DNA of 41,240 nt from Promethearchaeota archaeon (GTDB lineage: Archaea > Asgardarchaeota > Lokiarchaeia > Sigyniarchaeales > SOKP01), in assembly GCA_048938445.1 (NCBI GenBank), contig JBHLME010000026.1, forward strand, positions 1 through 41,240. Direction: 5' to 3'. Positions 9,631 through 19,687 of the stretch are shown here, one piece after another; the stretch's first letter is position 1, and the number at the start of each line of letters is the position of its first letter. Below the pieces are notes generated by a model. It searched no databases, had not been told where the DNA came from, and saw nothing but the letters and a program-made list of their open reading frames with translations. A program made the position numbers and the translations under genes.

Positions 9631-10374
9631 TTTTTTTAAACCTTTTTTTTTGTTTTTTTTTTAAATTGTATATCATTGAAAGTTCATTTTTTTGAATGAA
9701 AATCAATCATTTACAAATTTCTTTGTTTTAATTTTAAATTCTATAGTTTTACTATAGATTAAACCCTAATTTGTTGTTAAATTTCATCATTTTCATGTTG
9801 TATTCTTGATCAAATGGGTTTAACATTTTTGATCATTCCTCTAAATGAAATATTCTTCATTGTATGACCATTGGTCAATGAAGATTTATTCAACGATTGA
9901 ATATTTCTTCAACTTTATATATAAAGATTTCACATTTCTTATGTGAAAAAAAAGAAAATCTAAAATCTCTAATGAAAATTAATATACGAAATATAAATTT
10001 ACTTACGTATATACCAACATTTTAACAGTGTTAAATATATTAAAATAAGCGTATAAACTTAGTGCAATCGATATTTCTATTTTTTTTATTAATATTGAGC
10101 TCAAAAAAAACATAGAAATAATAGATTATCTAAGGAAAAATTAACTCCTTATTATTTATCTATTCTAGAAGTGCCTTTGATTATCTAGAATTTTCCTTAA
10201 ATATTGTTATAAGTTTCTACCTTAGAGTATTTAAATATGATATATTTTTTCACTGGATTTTGAACAACTTGAAAAAATAGGTTTTATAAATTATTAATCT
10301 AATATTTTTAATATATTAGATATTTAACTCCTTAATAAAAACGCTCATTATTAGAAGATAAATTGGTGAAAATT

Positions 10375-10509
10375 ATGGCAAAATGGGTATGTGATGCTTG
10401 CGGGTATGTCTACGACGAAGAAGCTGAGGGAACGAAATTCGAGGATCTACCCGACGATTGGACCTGTCCTGTTTGCGGGGTAGGTAAAGATATGTTTACA
10501 AAACAATAA
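10375..10509 (+). CDS. rub: Rubredoxin (44 aa; not in ORF track)
   Basis: [44 protein letters not shown], with a GGTGA SD at 10365-10369 and a T-rich tract downstream. Confidence 0.95.
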   Translation: MAKWVCDACGYVYDEEAEGTKFEDLPDDWTCPVCGVGKDMFTKQ

Positions 10510-10683
10510 TACTTTCTATTCATTTTTTTATTTTTATATTATACATATAAAAATTTTTTAAAAATTAATCCAATTGAAATTAAAATATATATGAGAATTT
10601 AAAAGCTTCAATTCCTCCAAATTCATTTAATTCTAAATTAGTAGTAAATCATAAACAAATTTATATACAAGAAAGAAGAATAT

Positions 10684-11394
10684 ATGATTTATATTATGAT
10701 TACTCCTTACAGTTTTGAATATTATTTATATTTAGTAGTTACAATATTAATTTTAATCATAACCATATCAATAGCACTAATTTTATTTAGAAAGATTTTC
10801 CTAAAAAAAAAAGACTCGGGAAGGTTTTCCTTTGATTTCATTTTTGCAATGTTTATGCTATATATTAGTTACTTCTTCTCAAGATTGTTTTATCTGATAT
10901 TTGATTTTATCCTAACCCAGTTTAATCCTACTGTATATCATTATATGCCTAATATTATTTTTTATAAATTGGGAGATTTTTCAATATCAATAGGATTTTT
11001 TATAGTCCTATATTTTATTGATAAGGAGCTTTTGAGTTATAAAATGAAGAGAATTCCTGCAATTTTAATATTAATTATAGGTTTAGTTCAGTTATTTTAT
11101 CCTGTTGTCTCACGCTTGGATTTTGAAGTTGTTGTTCTCTTAGGATATGTTGGATTTTCAGTAGTATTATTAATTTTTTCATTATTCTTATATGTTGGGA
11201 AAAAAAATCAAAGTCTAAGAAAATATGCGTATATGATCGCTATAGGTATATTATTAATTCCAATTGGTACAGTATTTGCCTCTATTGCAGCAGATATCGT
11301 TGAATTGGCATCAATACTCTATATGATATTTTTTATCCTTTTGACAATAGGAATAGTTATTATGGGATATGGCGTGTTAAAATTTAATATTTAA
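10684..11394 (+). CDS. Multi-pass (~7 TM) membrane hypothetical protein
   Basis: About seven hydrophobic segments separated by short basic loops; no recognised motif. Confidence 0.7.
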   Translation: MIYIMITPYSFEYYLYLVVTILILIITISIALILFRKIFLKKKDSGRFSFDFIFAMFMLYISYFFSRLFYLIFDFILTQFNPTVYHYMPNIIFYKLGDFSISIGFFIVLYFIDKELLSYKMKRIPAILILIIGLVQLFYPVVSRLDFEVVVLLGYVGFSVVLLIFSLFLYVGKKNQSLRKYAYMIAIGILLIPIGTVFASIAADIVELASILYMIFFILLTIGIVIMGYGVLKFNI

Positions 11395-12245
11395 AGAAGT
11401 AATTTTGATGTGATCTTTAAACTTAATGGTATCTTAACATTAAAATAATTTCCAACGATTTCAAATAAAAAATTGAGATAATCTGGATAAATTTTTAATA
11501 TATTATACTTTTGCTTTAAATGTTCCATTAAATGTTTAATATCTAATCCAACTTTTGAATTTTCAATATATTCCTTAATTAAGATAGATAAAAGATAAGC
11601 CTTTAAATTTTCATTTGAAAGTAAAATTTGAGATGATTTTTCATCAATTTCTCCAAAAAACTTCTGAATAATCATTTGTTCAATTGTATTTTTCTTTGAA
11701 TTGATAATTTTATCTTTATCTTTAATTATATCATTTCCATAAAAGACTAAATCATTTTTGTATACTTTCTTATTACTATTATATTCAGATTGGTTCATTA
11801 TTTTTAATTTAACATCAAATGTATTTTTAAAAATTGAATGAAAAAAATTTAAAAAATGTTCATTTAAGAAATCATCATTGGAGATTAATATAATTTCTTT
11901 ACCAAAATACACACCTCTTAATATTTTTACTAAGGTTGAGGGTAATAAATTCAATTTTATTAAGTTTACATTAAATTGGTTTTCTAATACCATTTTGGGA
12001 GGATTAAAATTCAAGTCTAATTCTGGAATTTTAATTTTAAAATCACATATAAAAGAGTCTCTTACAGTTAAGTTTGTATCAACGTATACCACGAATGAAT
12101 GTTTACATATCATATTTTCTAGGATATTGATAGATGAGATACCTCTCTTGCTATTTTTAATTATAGTTCCATCAATATCTAATTTACCCTTATTTTTACA
12201 AACTGGACAGGTTATATTTATTTTTACATTTAAATATTCTGTCAT
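11391..12245 (-). CDS. Hypothetical protein with N-terminal Zn-ribbon-like motif
   Basis: CPVC...CKH motif in a 284-aa ORF. Confidence 0.65.
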   Translation of the reverse strand: MTEYLNVKINITCPVCKNKGKLDIDGTIIKNSKRGISSINILENMICKHSFVVYVDTNLTVRDSFICDFKIKIPELDLNFNPPKMVLENQFNVNLIKLNLLPSTLVKILRGVYFGKEIILISNDDFLNEHFLNFFHSIFKNTFDVKLKIMNQSEYNSNKKVYKNDLVFYGNDIIKDKDKIINSKKNTIEQMIIQKFFGEIDEKSSQILLSNENLKAYLLSILIKEYIENSKVGLDIKHLMEHLKQKYNILKIYPDYLNFLFEIVGNYFNVKIPLSLKITSKLLL

Positions 12246-12370
12246 GAATTATGTGCGTTTTGATTTTATATATTTTTATATATATATAGAAACTTCAAAT
12301 ATTTATTTATACCGATATACTAATTAAATAAAATTAATACAGTAATAGGTAATAAAAAAAAATTAATAAT

Positions 12371-13159
12371 TTAGCCCCTAAATCTTCTTTCTAACGTTTT
12401 CCCGTGCAATTTGAATGCTAAGAAAAGAGAGACAAATCCAAAAAATAGCAAGAATCCGATATCAATCAAGACTCCAAATAGACCAAATGCACTTGAATTA
12501 CCTAAACCAACATCGACTAAATCAACAAAATAAGTCAATGGAGAAATGAAGATTATAGGAGATACCATGATTTCCATGAATAAAGGACTAATGAATATTA
12601 TAGGAAATTTTATGAGAATCGTCAAGACCATTGTATTTCCAGGAGTGTCTGTAGAAGGAACTGAAAGTATGAGACTAAAGCAGGAAAACGCAAATCCTGC
12701 CAATATTATACCAACAATTAGAAGGATGAAATTAATCGAGAGAGGTATTGATAAGAATAACATTCCTAAAATCAGGGGAATGGAAGAAAATGACGCTCCA
12801 TAAATGAAAGAACTCCATGCACTACCTAATAATATTGTTTTTATAGATACTGGACAAGTTACTAGTCTTTCAAATGTTTTCCTCATCGTTTCCCATGGGA
12901 ACACGATAGGTCCAATTGAAGTCGATGATAAGAAGATGATCATTGCCATCAAACCAGAAATTAGATAAATTGGTTGGACACTTCTTCCTACTGTTAAAGC
13001 TATAAAGAGGATTATTGGAAAAAGAATTCCTTGAATTAATACCGGTGGTTTATTATAATATATTCTCAGGTCCTTTTTAGTAACTGTAAAAGAACGTCTT
13101 AGTTGTGTTGTAAAAGTTTTAAATTTTGATGTTTTAACTATTAGAGTACCCTCAGTCAT
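12371..13159 (-). CDS. ABC-2 type exporter permease
   Basis: About 6 TM segments, ETMRKTFERLVTCPVS and SPLTYFVD motifs. Likely start is ATG 13159 after GGAGGT. Confidence 0.88.
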   Translation of the reverse strand: MTEGTLIVKTSKFKTFTTQLRRSFTVTKKDLRIYYNKPPVLIQGILFPIILFIALTVGRSVQPIYLISGLMAMIIFLSSTSIGPIVFPWETMRKTFERLVTCPVSIKTILLGSAWSSFIYGASFSSIPLILGMLFLSIPLSINFILLIVGIILAGFAFSCFSLILSVPSTDTPGNTMVLTILIKFPIIFISPLFMEIMVSPIIFISPLTYFVDLVDVGLGNSSAFGLFGVLIDIGFLLFFGFVSLFLAFKLHGKTLERRFRG

Positions 13160-13160
13160 G

Positions 13161-14144
13161 TTAAATACCTCCTTCAATTATTTTAAGAAAAGCTTCTTCT
13201 AGTTTTGGTTGGTGAGTGCTCAAGTGCTTAATAGTAATGCCCCTTTCCCTAATATAATCTGTTAGCTCACAGATAGATTCATGGATATCTTCAACAATTA
13301 TATGAAAACCATCGCTTGTATTTTGAACGTTTTTTACAGAATGTAGTTTTTCAAGCTCTTGCTTATTTAATCCGTTTATAAAATGTAGATCTATAGCTTT
13401 AAATTCTTGAGTCAACTTTCTTAAGTTATAGGGAGTGTCTAAACTGATCAACTTGCCATGATTGACAATTGCAATTCTATCGCATAACTCGTTAGCGACT
13501 TCCATATCATGAGTAGTTAAAAAAATAGTTACTCCCTTCTCATTATATTCTCGTATTAATTGTTTTATAATCTTTGCTGATTGAACATCAAGACCCGATG
13601 TCGGTTCATCAAGGAATAATATCTTCGGGTCATTCATGAGCGCCATACATACAAGTAATCGCTGTTTCATTCCTTTAGAGTATTTTCCTGCCTTAATATC
13701 TCGTTTTTCAAATAAATCAAACTTTTTTAACAAGGTTTCCGCTTGTTTTATTCTTTTAACTCTTGGGATTCCATTAATTTCTCCAATAAACATCAAATTT
13801 TGCCATCCAGAATAATCTAAATATACATTCGCCATTTCTGGAACGTTTCCAATGACTTGTTTTACGGTTAGTTGATTTTTCCATGCATCTAATCCAAAGA
13901 TCTCTATTTTTCCTTTTGTAGGTTTTAACACCCCTGTCAACATCCTGATGGTGGTAGTCTTTCCTGCTCCATTTGGTCCTAAAAATCCAAAAATCTCCCC
14001 CTTTTTCACCTCAAATCCAATATCATCAACGGCCTTAACAGTATTTTGTTTTCCATTAGAATTATTTATTCCAATAAACCTTTTTTTCCCTCTTTTAGGA
14101 AATTTAAAATATTTAGATAAATTTTTTACAACAATTGCATTCAC
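13161..14144 (-). CDS. ABC exporter ATP-binding subunit (DrrA-like)
   Basis: GPNGAGKTT, YSKGMKQR, LFLDEPTSGLD, TTH. Likely start is GTG 14144 after GGTGA (ORF track starts at 14153). Confidence 0.93.
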   Translation of the reverse strand: MNAIVVKNLSKYFKFPKRGKKRFIGINNSNGKQNTVKAVDDIGFEVKKGEIFGFLGPNGAGKTTTIRMLTGVLKPTKGKIEIFGLDAWKNQLTVKQVIGNVPEMANVYLDYSGWQNLMFIGEINGIPRVKRIKQAETLLKKFDLFEKRDIKAGKYSKGMKQRLLVCMALMNDPKILFLDEPTSGLDVQSAKIIKQLIREYNEKGVTIFLTTHDMEVANELCDRIAIVNHGKLISLDTPYNLRKLTQEFKAIDLHFINGLNKQELEKLHSVKNVQNTSDGFHIIVEDIHESICELTDYIRERGITIKHLSTHQPKLEEAFLKIIEGGI

Positions 14145-14186
14145 TTTAATCACCTTTTTATATTAAAAAAAAATTTAGTAAAAGGT

Positions 14187-14342
14187 TCATTTTTCGGTAT
14201 TGAGTTTTATATGCTTTAGAATTTCCTCAAATGGTAGATCTCCATGACACTTAATGATTTGATTTAATGTACATCCATTGGGATGCTTTTCTTTTATATC
14301 AAGATGATCACATTCACAATCTTCTACCTGTTCTATTTTCAT
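14187..14342 (-). CDS. Small Cys/His-rich protein (51 aa; not in ORF track)
   Basis: MKIEQVEDCECDHLDIKEKHPNGCTLNQIIKCHGDLPFEEILKHIKLNTEK*, with a GGTGA SD upstream. It is the first gene of the ABC operon. Confidence 0.75.
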   Translation of the reverse strand: MKIEQVEDCECDHLDIKEKHPNGCTLNQIIKCHGDLPFEEILKHIKLNTEK

Positions 14343-14466
14343 TTTTAAGTTTTCACCTTTTAATTACTCTTTTTTTTTTTAAAATTTTTATTTAAAATTT
14401 AATCAGTTAAATATTAGATCAAACTAATCAAACTTCAAATTTAAATATTTTCAATTTTTATTAATA

Positions 14467-14480
14467 TTATAGTACTATAA
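14467..14480. promoter_or_regulatory. Perfect 14-bp palindrome TTATAGTACTATAA, candidate operator
   Basis: Lies between the divergent ArsR gene and the peptide/ABC operon, 16 bp before the ArsR start. Confidence 0.5.
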
Positions 14481-14496
14481 ATATGGAGTAAGAATA

Positions 14497-14850
14497 GTGA
14501 CAAAAGAAATTGACGTCTCAGAAATGATGATTTACGCAAGAGCATTGCACTGTGGTATAAGATGGAGGATAATTGAAGTCTTAAGAGATGGTTCAAAGAG
14601 TTCTGATGAAATTTTTAATCTTTTAAATGAAACTAAAGAAATAATGCCTGAAAATCCTAAAGAATGTCATGGACAATGCCAAAATGATATTACAAAAGAT
14701 TTGAAAAAACCTTCTCTTTATTATCATTTAAGAGAGCTAGAAAAGGTTGGAATCATAGAACTTGATGAGTATAAACCAAGTAAAGAAGGAAGGGCTCCAG
14801 AAAAAGTATGGAAGCTAAATATCGAAAAATTAACAATTAACTTTAAATAA
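14497..14850 (+). CDS. ArsR/SmtB-type winged-HTH regulator with Cys-containing insertion
   Basis: ARALHCGIRWRIIEVL...SLYYHLRELEKVGII; insertion NPKECHGQC; GTG start after GGAG. Confidence 0.85.
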   Translation: MTKEIDVSEMMIYARALHCGIRWRIIEVLRDGSKSSDEIFNLLNETKEIMPENPKECHGQCQNDITKDLKKPSLYYHLRELEKVGIIELDEYKPSKEGRAPEKVWKLNIEKLTINFK

Positions 14851-14865
14851 TTTTTTATTTGAAAT

Positions 14866-17800
14866 CTAGTTTTTTGGAATAAGAACAATAAAATTGCTTC
14901 CTTTAGAGTGATCTCCTTGAATTTTATCTTGAACATTAATTTCTCCACCATAACTTTCGATAGTTTTTTTAACCAAGGATAGTCCAATTCCCATTCCTTT
15001 ACCACCCTTATATTCCCTATTTCCTACTTCAAAAATCTTGTCTTTTCGTGAATCTTCTACTCCTATTCCATTATCAATAAATTCTATCTTTACATATTCA
15101 TTTATAACCTTTTTAACGAAAGAAATTTTTATTAAAATCTCTATAATTTTCTGATTATTATAACTAACAGCATTTATCAATAAATTCTCAAATGCGTCTA
15201 ATAATAACTCGTTAGCATTGACATTAATGTCATTTGTATTCGTCTCAATATGAATTAAAATTTCTTTATCATGATATTTTTTTCTTAAAAAATTAATTGC
15301 CTCATTTAAGAAATAACACAAATTTATTTTCTGTAGTTCAATGTTTAAATCATCCACTCTAGATAACTTCTGGACGTTTGAAATTAATTGAGCTCCTCTA
15401 TTAGCACTCTCTTTGATAATTTCTAAAATTTCATTAATATCTACAGTATTGTCCTGATTTTTATTAAAAAGGGAATAAAGCTCAACTGATGATAATACTC
15501 CTTGAAGGATATTATTCATATCGTGCGCAAAAAGGTCTTTATAGAAATTGGCACGGTCAAAAGCTTTTCGATAATTTGCTTCAGATGCTTTTAATTCATC
15601 TTCTGCAGTCTTGCGTTCACTTATATCATTTATTATTGCTTGAATAAATCTCATTTCCCCTATTTGGACGAATGACAATTGAGAAGAAATCCAAATTTTT
15701 TTTCCATTTTTATTATATATGAGAAGTTCTCTTGGTTTGGGAAGTTCTCCATTGTGAATTTTATTTTGCCTCGCCTTAAAATTTAAGTATTCCATTTCAG
15801 GATATAAATGGAATTCTTTGTAATGTTTCCCTATTACATCTTCTAGAGACAATCCTATTAATTGTAAAAGAGCGTTATTGATATCTATTATGATTCCTTT
15901 AAAATTGAAAAGTGCGATTCCAAAGGGCGCAGTATTGAATAAATTCCTGTACTTCTCTTCGGATTCTTCTAATTTTTTTTGGAGGTTAATATCCCTCGAA
16001 ATTCCATAAAATCCAATCCTTTCTCCATTGGAATCCGTTTTTAAGTATGCAGCAATTTCAATATATTTTTCTTCTCCAAGTTTGGTTATAATTTCATATT
16101 CTAGTATAATTTGTTGCTTCTTATAATTGTAAAGTTCGTTATATTGTTTTTTTATCCAAGGAATATATTTGTCTATAACATATAAACTAAAGTTTGTTCC
16201 TATTAACTCTTCCTCAGAATAACCCATAAAATCGCAGATTTCTTTACTAGCAACAATATAATCACCTCTAAGATTGACTTCATAATATCCATCATAGTTC
16301 TTTTCTATAATACCTCTAAATTTTTCCTCAGATCTTTTTAAATTTTCTTCCGCTCTCTTTCGTTCAGTTATATCTCGAACAAAAATTAGAACTTGATCAT
16401 CAGAGAGATATAAAAGCCGCGCTTCAAATGATTTTAGATCTTTTATCAATTCAAGATCATATTCCAATACTTGAGGTTCTCGTGTTTCTATAGTTTTTTT
16501 TACAGCAATGAGACTTTCTCTCGCGATTTTTACAGGCATTATATCTGTCAATTTTTTTCCCATAAATGATTCTGGTGTGAGGTAAAAATCATTTAAATTA
16601 CCTTTATAATCTAATATTGTGGTATCTCCGGTAACCAGGAAATAAATGTCGGGGATTGCTTCAAAAATGCTTCTAAATTTTAATTCAGATTCCTTTAATT
16701 TCAATTCGGAATCCTTTCTATCTGTAACATCTTGAATTATAGCATGAAAAAATATTTCGTGATTAATAGTAAATGCTGATAAGTTGGAATTAATCCATCT
16801 TTTACGACCATCTTTTAAGGTTACTTGAAATTCTACAGGATCAACCTGTTTCCCGTTTATAAGTGAATCCTGCCTTTTTTGGAGTAATTTAAAAGTTTCT
16901 GGAGGAAAGTTCAGAATATTTAATGATAGTTTTCCAACTAAATCACCTTTTTCTATACTAAATAATTCTTCTGTAGTATCATTTACATCAAGGATGATTC
17001 CATTAGAATTCATTATGAAAACGGCAAATGGAGATATGTTGAATAGATGACGGTATCTCTCCTCAGATTCCCTTAATTGGAGTTCAGTTTCTTTAATGTC
17101 AGTAATATCAATATGAGAGATAAAATCTGCTGGTCTACCATTATATAATATAGTTTTTGAGATAGTCCGGGTCCATCGAATATCTCCATTTTTATGAATA
17201 AATCGGTATTCATACTCATTGACAACATCTTTCTCTCCTTTTTGTTTTTTAATCGCCTGCTCTCTTACAAAGTCCCTATCATCAGGATGCACGAGGTTTT
17301 CTAAAAGCGTGGTTAAATCCCAATCCTTTATTTCATCTCTTAAATATCCTGCTTGTTCGGCTAATCTTCCATTAAAAAACTTCATTTCATTATCTTGTAA
17401 AATTGTAATACCTATTGATGATTCTTCAGCTAAACTTCTGAATTTTTCTTCTGATTCTTTTAATTTTTCCTCGGTTCTTTTCATATCTGTAATATAAACT
17501 TGAGATATAAAATCCGCGGGTCTTCCATTATAAGTTATTGTTTTCGATAAATTTTTTACCCATATTATATCACCATTCTTATTAAATAATCGATACTCAT
17601 ATTCAACAACTACATCCTTTTCACCCACTTGCTTTTTAATAGCTTGTTCTCTAATAAAATCTCTATCCTCTGGATGTACTGTTTTTACAAGATCAGCTAA
17701 TTTCCAATTTTTTATTTCTTCATGAGGATAACCAAGCTCTTCAGAAACTTTATGATTAATAAATTTAATCTCATTATCCTGCAAAATTGTAATACCTATT

Positions 17801-19389
17801 GAAGACTGTTCTGCAATTGTTCTAAATTTTTCTTCAGATTCTTTTAATTTTTGTTCTGCTTCTCGTTTCTCTGTTATATCAATAATGGTTACTAAATCCG
17901 CGGGACGCCCATTATATCTAATAGTCGTAGAGATATTATCAACCCAGAACTTTTCACCTGAACTCTTGATACAATGTATGGGATATTGAAGTATTATATT
18001 AGAATCTCCCATTTGTTTCTTCCGTGCTTGTTCCATGACAAATTCTTTTGAATCCTCGGCTACCGTTTTAGCATACTCTTTTGGTGACCATGTAAGCATT
18101 TCCTCTCTATCATAACCAAATAAATCTGCCATTTTCTGATTTGTATAAACAACACGATCATCTTGTAAAATAGTAATAGCTAAATGAGAGTCCTCTGCTA
18201 TAGTTCTGAAATTTTCTTCAGATTCTTTTAATTTTTGCTCGGCATTTTTTTGTTCGGTTATATCTTGAATAATTGCTTGAAAAAAATCTTGTTCTCCAAT
18301 TTTTACGAAAGCTATTTCGTTTTTTATAATTGCGATAGAGCCATCCTTCTTTTTTATTTCCAATTCCTGTGGTTCTATAACACCTTTTTTTGTTATTGCT
18401 TGAAACCTCTCTTTTAACGTGTTAATTATGCGTTCTGAATAAAAGGGCAATTCCAAATAATTTTTACCAATTAATTCCTCAATAGAATATCCAAATATTT
18501 TCTCAGTAGCAGAATTGCATTCTATAATCTTTCCAGTAAAATCAATTAATACGATCGCATTTGGAGACTTTTCAAATAAATTTCGATATTTTTCTTCAGA
18601 TTCTAGTATTTTTTTTTCCGCTATTTTGCGGTCAGATATATTCCTCCCTATTGCAACTATATATTTAAGACTTTTTTTTTCATCGAATATTCCAGATGCG
18701 ATATATTCAAATGGAATAAAATATCCATCTTTAGTTTTGAGATGTGCTTCTGCAACTGCATTTTCTCCTTTTTCTATTAACTTTATTGCCTTAGATAATT
18801 TTAAAAGATCATCCTCACTGTAATAACTCTGAGGAGCTTTTAAATTTCTTATTTCTTCATCACTATATCCACTTATCTCATTAAATGCTTTATTCCATCT
18901 TATTGGTTTTCCGGTAGAAGGATCAAAAACGAAAAAAGTATCCATTTGAGTATTTAATGCAGTTTCTGTGAATTTTTTTTCTCTTAGAAGGGCCTCTTCA
19001 CTCTTTATTCTTTCCGTGATATCTCGAGAGATTCCAATTAAAATATCCTTATCATGTACTTTACCTTTAGTTATCTTTGTTTCGACGGGAATCAAGTTTC
19101 CCTCCTTGCCCCTGATGGGAAGATTATAAGAATCGGTTTCCCCTTTCAATAATTTAGAAAGGCTCTTAGATCCCTCATCTTGTATTTCTTGCGGATGCAA
19201 TATTACAAATGGTTTATTAAATAAATCTTCTATAGAATACCCTAATCTCTCAGTTACTGCTTTATTTATTTTTAAGATCTTCCCTTTTGAATCTAATATG
19301 AATAAAAAATCATGAATCAAGTCATAAAAATGAGCGTGTTTTTCATCAAAATCCAATTCATTTAACGCATCATTTGGATCGGGGGTCAT
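14866..19389 (-). CDS. Cytoplasmic sensor histidine kinase with 10 PAS domains
   Basis: Ten PAS/PAC units joined by ESEEK(F/Y)R linkers. H-box FAHDMNNILQ, N-box ENLLINAV, G1 DNGIG, G2 GMGIGL. Confidence 0.93.
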   Translation of the reverse strand: MTPDPNDALNELDFDEKHAHFYDLIHDFLFILDSKGKILKINKAVTERLGYSIEDLFNKPFVILHPQEIQDEGSKSLSKLLKGETDSYNLPIRGKEGNLIPVETKITKGKVHDKDILIGISRDITERIKSEEALLREKKFTETALNTQMDTFFVFDPSTGKPIRWNKAFNEISGYSDEEIRNLKAPQSYYSEDDLLKLSKAIKLIEKGENAVAEAHLKTKDGYFIPFEYIASGIFDEKKSLKYIVAIGRNISDRKIAEKKILESEEKYRNLFEKSPNAIVLIDFTGKIIECNSATEKIFGYSIEELIGKNYLELPFYSERIINTLKERFQAITKKGVIEPQELEIKKKDGSIAIIKNEIAFVKIGEQDFFQAIIQDITEQKNAEQKLKESEENFRTIAEDSHLAITILQDDRVVYTNQKMADLFGYDREEMLTWSPKEYAKTVAEDSKEFVMEQARKKQMGDSNIILQYPIHCIKSSGEKFWVDNISTTIRYNGRPADLVTIIDITEKREAEQKLKESEEKFRTIAEQSSIGITILQDNEIKFINHKVSEELGYPHEEIKNWKLADLVKTVHPEDRDFIREQAIKKQVGEKDVVVEYEYRLFNKNGDIIWVKNLSKTITYNGRPADFISQVYITDMKRTEEKLKESEEKFRSLAEESSIGITILQDNEMKFFNGRLAEQAGYLRDEIKDWDLTTLLENLVHPDDRDFVREQAIKKQKGEKDVVNEYEYRFIHKNGDIRWTRTISKTILYNGRPADFISHIDITDIKETELQLRESEERYRHLFNISPFAVFIMNSNGIILDVNDTTEELFSIEKGDLVGKLSLNILNFPPETFKLLQKRQDSLINGKQVDPVEFQVTLKDGRKRWINSNLSAFTINHEIFFHAIIQDVTDRKDSELKLKESELKFRSIFEAIPDIYFLVTGDTTILDYKGNLNDFYLTPESFMGKKLTDIMPVKIARESLIAVKKTIETREPQVLEYDLELIKDLKSFEARLLYLSDDQVLIFVRDITERKRAEENLKRSEEKFRGIIEKNYDGYYEVNLRGDYIVASKEICDFMGYSEEELIGTNFSLYVIDKYIPWIKKQYNELYNYKKQQIILEYEIITKLGEEKYIEIAAYLKTDSNGERIGFYGISRDINLQKKLEESEEKYRNLFNTAPFGIALFNFKGIIIDINNALLQLIGLSLEDVIGKHYKEFHLYPEMEYLNFKARQNKIHNGELPKPRELLIYNKNGKKIWISSQLSFVQIGEMRFIQAIINDISERKTAEDELKASEANYRKAFDRANFYKDLFAHDMNNILQGVLSSVELYSLFNKNQDNTVDINEILEIIKESANRGAQLISNVQKLSRVDDLNIELQKINLCYFLNEAINFLRKKYHDKEILIHIETNTNDINVNANELLLDAFENLLINAVSYNNQKIIEILIKISFVKKVINEYVKIEFIDNGIGVEDSRKDKIFEVGNREYKGGKGMGIGLSLVKKTIESYGGEINVQDKIQGDHSKGSNFIVLIPKN

Positions 19390-19687
19390 GATTCTTTCTA
19401 ATCCATGTTTTCGAATGTTTTAAATTGAATTTATAAATAAAAATCTTATTCTTTATTTTATTAGTTTGAACTCTATCTATCAAATATAAGGGGTTTGGAA
19501 GTAATATTAATTAGAATAATTTCACTATATATCCTTATCTAAAGAATAGAAGATAAAAGTTATATTTAATTTCTCGCTTTTTTGAATTTATGAGATAATT
19601 TTATATTTTATAGGAATTAAACTTAATATTTTTCTAAAGATCCTTTATATCAAATTATATTCATAATAATAAAAGGTGAAATAAATC

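Noticed and set aside
10684-11394. 7-TM protein as a rhodopsin
   Set aside because: No DxxxK/SxxxK retinal-binding motif in the last helix.
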